From: an uncultured Lachnospiraceae bacterium
GTDB taxonomy: Bacteria; Bacillota; Clostridia; Christensenellales; UBA1242
Direction: 5' to 3'
Assembly: GCA_964594865.1 (NCBI GenBank)
Contig: CAZQMZ010000005.1
Coordinates: 8,521 to 72,520, forward strand
DNA length: 64,000 bases
This document shows positions 1 to 8,988 of this stretch, piece by piece; the first letter of the stretch is position 1, and the number at the start of each line of letters is the position of its first letter. A program made the position numbers and the translations under genes. Below the pieces are notes generated by a model, which saw only the letters and a program-made list of their open reading frames with translations, made no database searches and was not told the DNA's origin.

Positions 1-1660
1 TCGGTGTGCCATAGACACTGTAATCAATGTCTTCCGCTTCCTTCCACTCTTTACATTTGTCGTTCAAGTGTTGCATAACTTTCAAAGCAAATTCTTTTCC
101 TTGGCCGTTGTCGGTGTGGCTGTGCCCTGTCATGAACTTCACGCATTCATAAAGCCCCGCATATCCAAGAGAAATGGTGGAATAGCCATGATGTAACAAT
201 TCGTGGATGCTTTCACCTTTTTTCAATCGTGCAAGCGCGCCATGTTGCCACAAAATTGGTGCAACGTCGGATGTAACCTTGCTCAAACGTTTATGTCTGA
301 TCTGCAATGCACGATGACACATTTCCAATCTTTCGTCAAAGATCTTCCAGAATTCATCAATATCTTTGTCCGATGAAAGTGCAACATCCACCAAATTGAT
401 TGTCACAACACCTTGATTGAATCGACCATAATATTTTGGATTGCCGTTTTCGTCAACATATGGAGTCAAGAAAGAACGACATCCCATGCATGGATAACAT
501 TGTCCATTTCCATTTTTGTCAATTTTGAACTTCCTCATAACTTTTTCGGAAATATAGTCAGGAACCATACGCTTTGCGCTGCACTCAGCAGCAAGTTTGG
601 TGAGATAATAATATTTTCCGTCTTCGCGAATGTTATTCTCTTCCAAAACATATAAAAGTTTTGGGAACGCAGGAGTGATATAAACTCCTTTCTCATTTTT
701 CATACCTTCAATTCTTTGTTTAAGAACTTCTTCAATGATCATTGCAAGTTCTTCTTTATATTCTTCTGTTTCACCCAAATACATACACACACTCAAAAAT
801 GGTGCTTGTCCATTTGTGGTGGTCATGGAATTTATTTGATATTGAAAAGTTTGCACACCGTCGGTGATTTCTTTTTTCAAATCTTCTTTTGCAAATTTTT
901 CGCACTGCTCTGGCGACAATTTTCGGTCTTGATATCTTTTCAAATGGCGATGATAGCTGTCTCTAACAAATGGAGCAAGGTGCGTGAGTGTGATTGTTGC
1001 ACCGCCATATTGACTGGAAGAAACCGCAGTGATCAATTGCGTTGCAATGGTCATGGCAGTCAAAAATCTGTGTGGTTTTTCAATCATAACGCCGTTGATG
1101 TTTGTACCGTTTTGAAGCATATCTTCCAAATTGATCAAATCGCAGTTATGTAAAGCACTTTGAGCAAAATAGTCAGCATCATGGAAGTGAATGATTCCTT
1201 CATCGTGTGCTTGAACAATGTCAGCAGGAAGCAAAAAACGTCTTGTGATGTCTGTGCTTGTGATGCCAGCAATATAATCGCGTTGTGTGGTGACAACTCT
1301 GGCATTTTTGTTGGAATTTTCGGTGTTCCAATATTCATTTTCGCCGTCAATAAGTTCTTTGATTGCAAGGTCTGTGGTGTTGCTCTTGCGCACAAGTTCA
1401 CGCGTATATCTGTATATGATATATTTCTTTGCAAGGTCATAATGCCCATAAGACATCAATTTTTCTTCAATAATGTCTTGGATGTCTTCAACCAAAAGGC
1501 GCTTTTTCTTCAAACCAACTATGTATGAAAGGATCGCTTTGATCTCTTCACTGGTCGCCCTTTCGCTCTCTTCAACCTCGTTGTTGGCTTTTTCAATGGC
1601 AACTTTGATTTTGTTTGGATCGAAATCGACAAAAGTCCCATTTCTCTTGATAACTTGCAT
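1..1660 (-). CDS. nrdD: Anaerobic (class III) ribonucleoside-triphosphate reductase with N-terminal ATP-cone; 5' part only, runs off the window
   Basis: Not in the ORF track (no stop in window). Manual translation from ATG at 1660 (RBS AAGGAGG): MQVIKRNGTFVDFDPNKIKVAIEKA (ATP-cone)...AHDEGIIHFHDADYF...HNCDLINLEDMLQNG...ITAVSSSQYGG, typical NrdD motifs. Confidence 0.96.
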   Translation of the reverse strand, partial: MQVIKRNGTFVDFDPNKIKVAIEKANNEVEESERATSEEIKAILSYIVGLKKKRLLVEDIQDIIEEKLMSYGHYDLAKKYIIYRYTRELVRKSNTTDLAIKELIDGENEYWNTENSNKNARVVTTQRDYIAGITSTDITRRFLLPADIVQAHDEGIIHFHDADYFAQSALHNCDLINLEDMLQNGTNINGVMIEKPHRFLTAMTIATQLITAVSSSQYGGATITLTHLAPFVRDSYHRHLKRYQDRKLSPEQCEKFAKEDLKKEITDGVQTFQYQINSMTTTNGQAPFLSVCMYLGETEEYKEELAMIIEEVLKQRIEGMKNEKGVYITPAFPKLLYVLEENNIREDGKYYYLTKLAAECSAKRMVPDYISEKVMRKFKIDKNGNGQCYPCMGCRSFLTPYVDENGNPKYYGRFNQGVVTINLVDVALSSDKDIDEFWKIFDERLEMCHRALQIRHKRLSKVTSDVAPILWQHGALARLKKGESIHELLHHGYSTISLGYAGLYECVKFMTGHSHTDNGQGKEFALKVMQHLNDKCKEWKEAEDIDYSVYGTP

Positions 1661-1683
1661 TGTAAACCTCCTTAGTTCCAAGT

Positions 1684-1805
1684 TGTCAATATATTGTGCA
1701 ATAACACTTGCCACACACACAATATGGCGAATTTTTGCAACTTTCAAGAGACATTTTACAATATATATAGTGGTTTTGTCAAACAAAAATCACTAGATGT
1801 TGTGT
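1684..1805. promoter_or_regulatory. NrdR boxes (two tandem pairs) and sigmaA promoter of nrdD
   Basis: Matches to acaCwAtATaTwGtgt at 1684-1699, 1717-1732 (weak), 1758-1773 and 1790-1805; pairs offset by 33 and 32 bp. Minus-strand TTGACA (1777-1782) and TAAAAT (1753-1758). Confidence 0.85.
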
Positions 1806-1975
1806 TTTTTAATTTTTTTTTAACTTCTTTTATTTTATAAAATTTTTCAAAAATATTCGGCAAAATTTTATCCCATAAGAGTGCATATCCTGTTATAAAT
1901 TTATAACAAAATGTAACAAAATTTTTTCGTATAAAACTATTCGCAAAATTCATAAAACACAAATAGTCGTTTTTT

Positions 1976-2614
1976 TCATTGAAGAAGATTTTGTAAGTCT
2001 GTCACAATCTTTTCTTTATCTTCTTGAATGGCGGTCAAAAGTTTTTTCAAACTTTGATTGTCAACAATTTCAATTGTTTTTTCAAAGTCTTTCACCGCTT
2101 TTTTCTCCATGTTGATTGCATGACGCAAAAAGATGTCTTTGTTGGTTGTCAAAATCAAATACTGAACCGTCCATTTTCGACCGTTGGATGTCATAAAGTT
2201 TGGATCTCCGCCAAACGCGACGACAATGTTGCCGAGCGCATTCAAGATTTCACCGTCATTTTGCGAAAGTTTGGAAAGATAATCGCCCAAAATTTTGTCT
2301 TTTGGAGCATTCAACCAAGATTGATATAAATATGACAAGTGCGCTGTCAAAATGCCGTCCTGAGAATATAAGAGATTTTTCAAAGCATTCACCGTTGCTT
2401 GTGAATGAACGATGTCTGTCACAATTGGATATCGATCGTCACTGTTTTGAACATTCAACAAACTTTCATCACCTTGTTTGAAAATCATTTTTCCCGCACG
2501 AGTAACATATCGCGGTTCACACACAAACGCACTTTTTTGAATAAAATTCTCCGCAAACACGCGAGGAGAATAAGCAAAGCCGTCGCCCTGCACAAATTTC
2601 ATTTTTTCTTTCAT
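1976..2614 (-). CDS. Ferritin-like superfamily protein (CotJC/bacterioferritin-like, sporulation-type), metal ligands partly degenerate
   Basis: TAHLSYLYQS...LGNIVVAFGGDP...W...AINMEKKAVKDF...IQEDKEK pattern of clostridial ferritin-like proteins; GGAGG RBS. Confidence 0.6.
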   Translation of the reverse strand: MKEKMKFVQGDGFAYSPRVFAENFIQKSAFVCEPRYVTRAGKMIFKQGDESLLNVQNSDDRYPIVTDIVHSQATVNALKNLLYSQDGILTAHLSYLYQSWLNAPKDKILGDYLSKLSQNDGEILNALGNIVVAFGGDPNFMTSNGRKWTVQYLILTTNKDIFLRHAINMEKKAVKDFEKTIEIVDNQSLKKLLTAIQEDKEKIVTDLQNLLQ

Positions 2615-2753
2615 TTTTCCTCCATATCATTTTTTTATATGAAGAAAAAACATCCTTTTGACACAAAAAAACATCGCTTTTTCAAACGATGTTTATCTGT
2701 CCACAACAATCAACGCAAGCCTTTCTCATATCTTTTTCTGCAGAAAAAATTTT

Positions 2754-3689
2754 CTATTTCTTCCCTGTTCTTCTGTTATAATTTTGCAAATCTTGAAGCG
2801 TCATTTCTTTTTTGTTTAGCAAATCCAAAAGTTCGGCAATGCGATCTAAATCATCGCGCGTGTAATAATCAATATAAATTCTTCCTTTATTATCATTTCC
2901 AATTGCTGAAACTTTTGTCGCAAAAGTCTTTTGCATTTGATTGATGAGTTCTCTAAGTTCCAAAGATTGCTCTTCTTTGACAATAATTTTCTTGGTTGGG
3001 TTGGTGAGATTTTTGACTGCCTTTTCAAGGTCGCGAACGCTCATATTTTTTGAAACAACCATTTGTGCCAAACGAATTTGATCTTTCGGATTTTCAACAA
3101 CAACCAAACATCTTGCGTGTCCAGAAGATATTTGTCCTTTTTCCACCATGTCAATGACAGCAGGATAGAGCGTCAAAAGACGCAAAGTGTTTGCAACGTT
3201 TGAACGGCTTTTTCCAATTCTTTCTGAAACAGTTTCTTGTGTCAAGCCATATTCATCCATAAGTTGCTTTATGGCGCGCGCTGCCTCAATTGGATTTAAA
3301 TCTTCTCTTTGTAAATTTTCTATTATACTGATTTCTTTGACTTGTTTGTCAGTATAATTCTTGACAATTGCTGGCACGGTTTTGAGTCCGCAAAGGTTTG
3401 CTGCTCTCCAACGTCTTTCACCAGCGATGATCATATATTCTCCATTCGATTGTTGATTGAGAACGATTGGTTGAACAATGCCATGAATTTTGATGGAAGA
3501 CGCCAACTCTTGCAATGCCTCTTCGTCAAAGTTCTTACGTGGCTGGTTTGGATTTGGCTTGATTTTGGTGATATCAATTTCCAAAACACCACCGTCTGAT
3601 TTTTTGGTGTTCACTTTGGCTGGTTCTTCTTCATCATAGATGCCAAAAAGTGCGTTAAGTCCTCTCCCCAATCCTTTATTGTTATTCAT
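2754..3689 (-). CDS. parB: ParB/Spo0J chromosome partitioning protein
   Basis: GLGRGLNALF N-terminal peptide, NPNQPRKNF, IIAGERRWRAA, ENLQREDLNPIEAA, HTH with GKSRSNVANTLRLL. Confidence 0.97.
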   Translation of the reverse strand: MNNNKGLGRGLNALFGIYDEEEPAKVNTKKSDGGVLEIDITKIKPNPNQPRKNFDEEALQELASSIKIHGIVQPIVLNQQSNGEYMIIAGERRWRAANLCGLKTVPAIVKNYTDKQVKEISIIENLQREDLNPIEAARAIKQLMDEYGLTQETVSERIGKSRSNVANTLRLLTLYPAVIDMVEKGQISSGHARCLVVVENPKDQIRLAQMVVSKNMSVRDLEKAVKNLTNPTKKIIVKEEQSLELRELINQMQKTFATKVSAIGNDNKGRIYIDYYTRDDLDRIAELLDLLNKKEMTLQDLQNYNRRTGKK

Positions 3690-4518
3690 TCACTCCTCCT
3701 TGATTTTCATTTTTAAATTTGATTTTTCTCAATTTTGAAATTTTGTTGTAAGGAACTTGGGCACGTTTCAAAATTTCTTCTGCCAAACTCAAATACGCTT
3801 CTGCCCCTTTTGAAGTTGCATCATACAACGCCACCGGCAAACCATGACTTGGCGCTTCTGCCAAACGTATGTTTCTTGGAATGTTGGTCAAATAAACCTT
3901 TTTGTTGAAGACTTTGATAATTTCGTTGCTCACCTGATTTGTGAGATTATATCTCTTATCTTTCATTGTCATCACAACACCTTCAATGTCAAGGTCAGGA
4001 TTGAGATGATATTTAATCAATCGAATTGTGTTCATAAGTTGTGCAATTCCTTCAAGAGGGAAGAACTCGCAAGTGATTGGAATGATCACACTGTCAGAAG
4101 CCGTCAATGCATTGACCGTGATCAGCCCAAGCGACGGCGGACAGTCAATAAGAATGAAGTCATAGCTACCTTTAATTTCATCCAAAATGCGTTTGATCAC
4201 TTTTTCTCGTTGTGGAATTTGAATCAATTCCACTTCTGCGCCAGCCAAATCAATGGTGGACGGAATGATAAATAAATTTTCAATAATTGTTGTTTGAATG
4301 ACATCTTCATACAAACTTTGATCATCAATAAGATCATAGATTGTTTTGAGCTCTTTTGTCTTGTTCACACCAACAGCACTGGTGGCATTTCCTTGTGGAT
4401 CCATGTCCAAAATCAACACTTTTTTTCCCATAAGCGCCATGTAAGTCGCCACATTGACACAAGTTGTTGTCTTTCCAACCCCACCTTTTTGATTTGCAAA
4501 AGCAATAATTTTTCCCAT
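3682..4518 (-). CDS. parA: ParA/Soj ATPase
   Basis: NQKGGVGKTTT deviant Walker A, DMDPQGNAT, IDCPPSLG, IPRNIRLAEAPSHG; overlaps parB start. Confidence 0.97.
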   Translation of the reverse strand: MGKIIAFANQKGGVGKTTTCVNVATYMALMGKKVLILDMDPQGNATSAVGVNKTKELKTIYDLIDDQSLYEDVIQTTIIENLFIIPSTIDLAGAEVELIQIPQREKVIKRILDEIKGSYDFILIDCPPSLGLITVNALTASDSVIIPITCEFFPLEGIAQLMNTIRLIKYHLNPDLDIEGVVMTMKDKRYNLTNQVSNEIIKVFNKKVYLTNIPRNIRLAEAPSHGLPVALYDATSKGAEAYLSLAEEILKRAQVPYNKISKLRKIKFKNENQGGVNE

Positions 4519-4667
4519 AAATCAAATTCCTTTGTTAAATTATACAATAAATTTTTGAAAAATAAAAGAAAAAACACATTTTTGCAATTTTTTTTATGTT
4601 TTTGACAAATTTTCGTTGTAAATCTCAACAAAAAACATCGTCAAATCGCAAATTTCTTTTGTTTCAA

Positions 4668-5375
4668 TCATCTTATCGGTGACAATTTTGGTTTGTTTCC
4701 TGAGCGCGGATATTTTTTTGGAGTTGAAGAAATTTTTCGAATTACCAAAATTCTTCGTTCTATTTTTTCCATTCCCAATTCGTCTATGTTGAATTCTTCA
4801 ATCTTTTCAACCTTTCCGCCAAGTTTGTTGATGGCTTTTTGAGCGTCTTTCAACTCTTCATCAAGTTTGGATGATTTATAGACAATCGCAGTTCCGCCAA
4901 CTTTGACAAACGGCAACAAATATTCCACAAGAGTGTCAAGCGGTGCAACTGCACGTGCCGTGGCAACATCAAAAATTTCGCGGTTGTCTTTGGCAAAATC
5001 TTCCGCACGAGCATGAACTGCTGAAATATTTGAAAGTTGAAGAATTTTGACAACATCGTTCAAGAAATTCACACGCTTATTCAAACTGTCAATCATGCAT
5101 ATTGAAAGATCTGGACGAACAATTTTGAGAGGTATTGCTGGAAAACCTGCTCCACTTCCAATATCAACGACACATGCATTTTCTGGAAAAAGATTACAAG
5201 GCAAAACACTGTCCAAAAAATGTTTGACAAGCACATCTCTTTCTTCCGTCAGCGCTGTCAAATTGATTTGTTTGTTCCTTTCAATCAAATGATGAAAGAA
5301 TAAATCAAATTGGCTTTCTTGATCTTCATTGACATAAATATTATGTTTTTCAAAAATCTCCTTCAAATTTTTCAT
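4668..5375 (-). CDS. rsmG: 16S rRNA m7G527 methyltransferase
   Basis: KHFLDS, DIGSGAGFPAIPL, DSLNKRVNFL, ARAVA, YPRSGNKP; position after mnmG. Confidence 0.96.
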   Translation of the reverse strand: MKNLKEIFEKHNIYVNEDQESQFDLFFHHLIERNKQINLTALTEERDVLVKHFLDSVLPCNLFPENACVVDIGSGAGFPAIPLKIVRPDLSICMIDSLNKRVNFLNDVVKILQLSNISAVHARAEDFAKDNREIFDVATARAVAPLDTLVEYLLPFVKVGGTAIVYKSSKLDEELKDAQKAINKLGGKVEKIEEFNIDELGMEKIERRILVIRKISSTPKKYPRSGNKPKLSPIR

Positions 5376-5391
5376 CTACAAAATCCTTCGT

Positions 5392-7254
5392 TTATTTGTT
5401 CTTTTTGATCAATATTGAAAGCACTGAAACGTCTGCTGGTGACACTCCCGAAATTCGCGATGCCTGCCCTAGGTTCAATGGACGAATTGCCGACAACTTT
5501 TCTTTCGCCTCTTCTCGAAGCCCTTTGGCACTTTGATAGTCAAAATCGGATGGAATTGTCACATTCTCATTGGCAAGCATTCTGTCAATATCTTCCTGTT
5601 GTTGTTTGAGATATCCCTCATACTTGATTTTCGTGTTGACAATTTCCAAAAGCCGAACATCTTCTCCATCAAAAAGATGATAAGTTTCATCCAACTTGAA
5701 AATATTGATGTTGTTCCTTTTCAACAGATCCCAAAAACGCATATTTTCTTTTGGAATTGGTTCGCCATTATCTTTAAACAATTTGATCAATTTTTCATCA
5801 ATTTTCACTTTTTTTTGCAAAATTTGTTCAATTTGTTCAATTTTTTTACATTTTTCTTGAAATTTTTGATATCTTTCATCACTCACAAGTCCAACTCTTC
5901 GACCAATTTCCGTCAAACGCATATCCGCATTGTCTTGTCTTAAAAGAAGGCGATATTCCGCGCGCGATGTCATCATGCGATATGGCTCATTCGTTCCTTT
6001 TGTGACAATGTCATCAATCAAAACGCCGATATAGGCATCACTTCGTTTAAGCACAAGTTGTTCTTTGCCTTTGTTATACAAATTGGCATTTATTCCAGCG
6101 ATAATTCCCTGAGCACCTGCCTCTTCATATCCACTTGTGCCGTTGATTTGTCCAGCAAAGAAAAGTCCTTCAATCGTCTTGAGTTCCAAAGTTGGTTTAA
6201 GTTGCGTCGAGTCGATGCAATCATATTCAATGGCATATGCATCGCGCATAATTTCAGCGTTTTCCAAACCTATCACTGAGTGGACCATCTCTTTTTGCAA
6301 GTCTGCCGGCATGGAAGTGGAAAATCCTTGCAAATACATTTCATTTGTGTCCAACGCTTCCGGCTCTAAAAACAATTGATGACGTTCTTTGTCGGAAAAT
6401 CGCACAACTTTTGTTTCAATTGATGGACAATAGCGTGGTCCAACACCCTTGATTTCGCCTGATATTGCTGGCGCCTTGTCCAAATTTTGCCTGATGATTT
6501 CATGCGTTTTTGGTGTGGTGTAGGTGAGATAGCACACTGCCTTGTTCTGAACTTTGCCTTCTGTCATTGCAGAAAATGACATGATGTCTTCATCGCCAAG
6601 TTGCAATTCCATTTTACTGAAATCCACACTTCGCGCATGAAGTCGAACAGGAGTTCCCGTTTTGAAACGCAACAATTTTATTCCCAAGTTCTTTAAACTG
6701 TCCGACAATCGCGACGAATTTTTAAATCCGTTCGGCCCCATAAATTCTCTTGATTTGCCAATGATAATGTCACTTTTGAGATACACTCCCGTCGCAAAGA
6801 CAACACTCTTTGCACGATATTTGAGATTGAGTCGAGTTGTTATGATCTTATGATCACCTTCAATTTCAACAGAATCAACTTCACCTTGACGGATAAACAG
6901 ATTTTTTTCATTCTCCAAAGTCTTTTTCATTTCGACGTGATAAGCATTTTTATCCGCTTGCGCACGAAGACTTTGAACAGCAACACCTTTTCCGCGATTA
7001 AGTATTCGAATTTGGATGGCGGTTTTGTCAGCATTTATTCCCATCTCGCCACCCAGAGCATCAATTTCGGAAACAAGTTGCCCTTTTGCTGTCCCACCAA
7101 TTGACGGATTGCATGCCAAAAAAGCAATTGAATCCAAACTTATTGTCAAAAGCAATGTTTTGTTTCCGGTGCGCGCCAAAGCAAGAGCCGCCTCACAACC
7201 AGCATGCCCAGCACCAATAACAATCGAATCAAAATCTTCATAATTTTTTTTCAT
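5392..7254 (-). CDS. mnmG: tRNA uridine-5-carboxymethylaminomethyl modification enzyme MnmG/GidA
   Basis: VIGAGHAGCEAALA, CNPSIGGTAKG, RFKTGTP, GPRYCPSIE, AGQINGTSGYEEA, ASRISGVSPAD. Confidence 0.98.
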   Translation of the reverse strand: MKKNYEDFDSIVIGAGHAGCEAALALARTGNKTLLLTISLDSIAFLACNPSIGGTAKGQLVSEIDALGGEMGINADKTAIQIRILNRGKGVAVQSLRAQADKNAYHVEMKKTLENEKNLFIRQGEVDSVEIEGDHKIITTRLNLKYRAKSVVFATGVYLKSDIIIGKSREFMGPNGFKNSSRLSDSLKNLGIKLLRFKTGTPVRLHARSVDFSKMELQLGDEDIMSFSAMTEGKVQNKAVCYLTYTTPKTHEIIRQNLDKAPAISGEIKGVGPRYCPSIETKVVRFSDKERHQLFLEPEALDTNEMYLQGFSTSMPADLQKEMVHSVIGLENAEIMRDAYAIEYDCIDSTQLKPTLELKTIEGLFFAGQINGTSGYEEAGAQGIIAGINANLYNKGKEQLVLKRSDAYIGVLIDDIVTKGTNEPYRMMTSRAEYRLLLRQDNADMRLTEIGRRVGLVSDERYQKFQEKCKKIEQIEQILQKKVKIDEKLIKLFKDNGEPIPKENMRFWDLLKRNNINIFKLDETYHLFDGEDVRLLEIVNTKIKYEGYLKQQQEDIDRMLANENVTIPSDFDYQSAKGLREEAKEKLSAIRPLNLGQASRISGVSPADVSVLSILIKKNK

Positions 7255-7499
7255 ATTTTTCTCTTTTTTTCGTATTTTTTTAATTTTTTTATATTTTTTT
7301 GTTTATTTTTTTAAATTTCATTTAAAAATTAATTTATTTTTATTTTAAAAATTATTTTTTATTTAAAAAAAATATTTTTAAATTCATTTTTTTAATATAT
7401 TTTTTTTCGTTTTATTATGGAATTTTAAATTATTTTCTTATTATTTTTTTATTTTTAAATATTTATTTTTATTTTTTTATTATTTTTTATATTTTTTTA
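7255..7499. repeat. Extremely AT-rich low-complexity spacer of T-tracts (A-tracts on the coding strand) between mnmE and mnmG
   Basis: 245 bp almost devoid of G/C; contains TATTATGGAATTTT (7413-7426), also found at 48910-48923. Confidence 0.7.
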
Positions 7500-8888
7500 T
7501 TATTTTCCCAAACAAAATTTAGAAAAAATTAAATTTATTATATCTTCATTTTCCGTGTTGCCGGTGATTTTTCCAAGCGTTTGCCAAACCTGTTTGATCA
7601 GCATAGACAAAACGTCCAGCGTTTGAAAATTGGTTTGCAAAATATTTTCCAAAAGGTCATTTGCTTCCTTCAAAATCTTGCATTGCCTTTCATTTGTCAA
7701 CACCAATGCATTAACATCCACTTTTTCACCAATCACCATGTCAACAATTTGTTTTTTGAGTTTATCAATATTTTTTCCAACTAGCGCAGAAATTTCAATT
7801 TCATTATCACGTTTTTTTGCAATTCGTTTTTTGTCGCTCTTATTGACAACAACAATAACATTTCTGCCCTGCAGCATCTCTTCAATTTGTCTGTCTTCTT
7901 CTGTTTCTTTTTCACTTCCATCCAAAACAAACAGCACGACATCTGCGGTCGACATGCTTTGCTTGCTTTTTGCAATACCCAAACTTTCCACAACATCTGC
8001 CGTTTCTCGAATTCCCGCGGTGTCCACCAAATTGATTTTGACACCATTCCACAAGAGACTCTCCGTCACAGTGTCGCGCGTCGTTCCTTGAATGTCGGTG
8101 ACGATTGCACGGTCTTCACCCAAAAGTGCGTTCATAACACTGCTTTTGCCGACATTCGTCTTTCCAACAAGAGCCACATTTATGCCATTTTTGAGATATT
8201 TCGCGCTTTCTGAATTTTGCAAAATCTTCAAGTTTTTTTCTTTGATTTCTCGCAATTTTTCAAAGACGTCAGTTTTTAATTCAGTTTCTTCCGTTTCATC
8301 AGGATAGTCCATGCCCACTTCAATCTCTGCAAGAAGGGTTGTCAAGTCATTTTGTTCCTGCAGAATTTCGTTTGCCAAGCGCCCGTTTGTTACTTGCAAA
8401 TTGCTTCGAAGTTCTCCCTCTGTTTCAGCATTGATTTCGCCAATAATCGCCTCTGCCTTATCCAAGGAAATTTTTCCGTTCAAAAATGCTCGCTTTGAAA
8501 ACTCTCCCGCTTCCGCAAGGCGTGCGCCAGAAGAAAGGCATTTCTCCAAAACTTTCTGTGCCAACAGCACCCCACCATGCACTTGAAATTCCACAACATC
8601 CTCACCGGTGTAAGAAAAAGGTGCTTTGAAATAGACCATAAGACACTCTTCAAAAACACCATCAAGGTCAAGCTTGCCGAAATACATAAATCTTGGCAAA
8701 ACATTTCTTTCTTGGTGACCTTTTTGTGGTTGCTTATTTACTCCTAAGGACGCTTTTCCATCATCAAACTTTGACAAATGGAAAATTTTGAGCGCGATTT
8801 CCAAACAACCTTTTCCGCTCATTCGAACAACTGCAATAGCCCCACGCCCCAACGGAGTGGAAATTGAAGCAATGACATCCTTTTTCAT
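7500..8888 (-). CDS. mnmE: tRNA modification GTPase MnmE/TrmE
   Basis: IASISTPLGRGAIAVVRMSG, SYTGEDVVEFQVHGG, GKTNVGKSS, GTTRD, DTAGIR, NKSD, FSKFCLGK C-terminus. Confidence 0.98.
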   Translation of the reverse strand: MKKDVIASISTPLGRGAIAVVRMSGKGCLEIALKIFHLSKFDDGKASLGVNKQPQKGHQERNVLPRFMYFGKLDLDGVFEECLMVYFKAPFSYTGEDVVEFQVHGGVLLAQKVLEKCLSSGARLAEAGEFSKRAFLNGKISLDKAEAIIGEINAETEGELRSNLQVTNGRLANEILQEQNDLTTLLAEIEVGMDYPDETEETELKTDVFEKLREIKEKNLKILQNSESAKYLKNGINVALVGKTNVGKSSVMNALLGEDRAIVTDIQGTTRDTVTESLLWNGVKINLVDTAGIRETADVVESLGIAKSKQSMSTADVVLFVLDGSEKETEEDRQIEEMLQGRNVIVVVNKSDKKRIAKKRDNEIEISALVGKNIDKLKKQIVDMVIGEKVDVNALVLTNERQCKILKEANDLLENILQTNFQTLDVLSMLIKQVWQTLGKITGNTENEDIINLIFSKFCLGK

Positions 8889-8988
8889 GCCTTAATTATA
8901 ACAAAAACATATCAAAAAATCAATAAGAAACAACCACCAGCCTTGACTTTTTTTCAGGATTTATGATAGAATGAAAAGGGGAAAATTT

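Noticed and set aside
413-1796. Several 70-145 aa ORFs listed on both strands
   Set aside because: Shadows of the nrdD frame, which the track omits because it lacks a stop in the window.
1891-1908. Rex operator call for the palindrome
   Set aside because: Half-site spacing is 2 bp longer than TTGTTAA-N4-TTAACAA.
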